Source: Stellaceae bacterium
Lineage (GTDB): Bacteria; Pseudomonadota; Alphaproteobacteria; ATCC43930; CGMCC-115725
NCBI GenBank assembly: GCA_035277525.1
Contig: DATEKH010000147.1
Coordinates: forward strand, 12,795 to 76,794
Direction of reading: 5' to 3'
DNA: 64,000 nt
A program made the position numbers and the translations under genes. Shown one piece after another: positions 63,408 to 64,000 of this stretch; positions within the stretch are counted from its first letter, which is position 1, and each line of letters starts with the position of its first letter. Below the pieces are notes generated by a model. That model did not search any database. It was not told the DNA's origin and saw only the letters and a program-made list of their open reading frames with translations.

Positions 63408-64000
63408 TCACAGCATGAAGTCGTGCCGGCGCTCCTGGCCGAGCATCACCTGGCCCCAGTCGCGTGCATGCAGCGCGACGTCGTTGGTGATGTGCTGACG
63501 CGCCGCGGTGATGTCGGCGACGATGCGGCAATAGGGGTGATCGTCATGGAGGCCGGACGCGCCGCTCGCCTCGAGCAGGCGAGTGGCGGCGCGGCGGCAG
63601 CGCTCGGTGTTGAGCGAGAGCTGGTATTTGACCTGCAGCCTTTCCTCGATCGCCGGCACGGCGCCGCGCTGCGCGTGGCCCGCGAGCCGCGCGAAGTTGC
63701 GCGCGACCACGACCTTGGCCTCATCGATCACCGTCGCGGCTTCGGCGCAGACGAAAGCGAGATCGGGATCGGGCCGCGTCGGACCGCCGCGCGCGCGCAG
63801 ATCGGCGAGCCTATAATCGAGCATCCCCTGCAGCGCGCCGATCGCAGCGTTGGCGACGCCGCCGGCGAAGACAAGACCGAAGGGCAGTCGATAGAGCGGC
63901 GATTTGTTGACCGCCTGGCCCGGTCCGCGGCAATCGAACAACTCGGTCATGCGATGCGCGCGGTGTCGCGGGATGAACACGTCCTCGACGACGAGGTCAT
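63408..64000 (-). CDS. Acyl-CoA dehydrogenase-fold protein (flavin-dependent monooxygenase-like), C-terminal part; the gene continues beyond the right edge
   Basis: The reverse frame is open to the window end (..DLVVEDVFIPRHR..). The C-terminal helical domain has the ACAD/HpaB-DszC-like pattern (..AIGALQGMLD..., ..HDDHPY.RI..D...A.QH). Confidence 0.7.
   Translation of the reverse strand, partial: DLVVEDVFIPRHRAHRMTELFDCRGPGQAVNKSPLYRLPFGLVFAGGVANAAIGALQGMLDYRLADLRARGGPTRPDPDLAFVCAEAATVIDEAKVVVARNFARLAGHAQRGAVPAIEERLQVKYQLSLNTERCRRAATRLLEASGASGLHDDHPYCRIVADITAARQHITNDVALHARDWGQVMLGQERRHDFML

Overview
High-GC (mid-60s % by eye, not computed) chromosomal segment with alphaproteobacterial, Hyphomicrobiales/Rhizobiales-like gene content and order. 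I recognise about 65 protein-coding genes. I found no rRNA, tRNA, CRISPR array, transposase, integrase or phage gene, so this looks like core chromosome rather than an island.

Gene content, left to right:
- a decayed oxyR/ahpD locus followed by dps
- an acyl-CoA dehydrogenase and a GST
- a complete suf Fe-S assembly operon (Rrf2 regulator, sufBCDS, sufU, sufT)
- a TRAP transporter (dctPQM)
- a small periplasmic redox cluster (class II cytochrome c', a small secreted protein, a dihaem cytochrome c)
- a DrrAB-like ABC exporter
- a PHB and ketone-body module (phaZ, BKACE enzyme, scoAB, thioesterase, thiolase)
- a gamma-glutamyltransferase
- an orphan P-II gene divergent from a 1159-aa fused GltD/NfnB-like plus PyrK/NfnA-like oxidoreductase
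- bpt, a GST, motAB and hemB
- a methyltransferase, a hydrolase, a CoA-transferase, a GH3 glucosidase and a solute-binding protein
- two MarR-associated Rieske oxygenase modules, one followed by an Ntn acylase and the other in an operon with gcdH
- the livHMGF-x-livJ transporter
- the conserved rpiB-glyA-nrdR-ribD-ribE-ribBX-ribH-nusB-thiL block

Most noteworthy observations:
- truncated oxyR-like and ahpD-like genes collide head to head, with a frameshift at the AhpD catalytic Cys and no ahpC
- the cytochrome c' has a CX3CH rather than CXXCH haem motif
- the P-II gene is paired with the fused oxidoreductase
- two sharply AT-rich, rare-codon tracts lie inside conserved genes (the sufB/sufC junction and the BKACE gene)
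- both Rieske oxygenase modules lack electron-transfer partners
- the GTP cyclohydrolase II domain of RibBX is degenerate

Nothing here amounts to a clearly new multi-gene system. All function calls rest on my own recognition of motifs and family-typical sequence. No database search was run.
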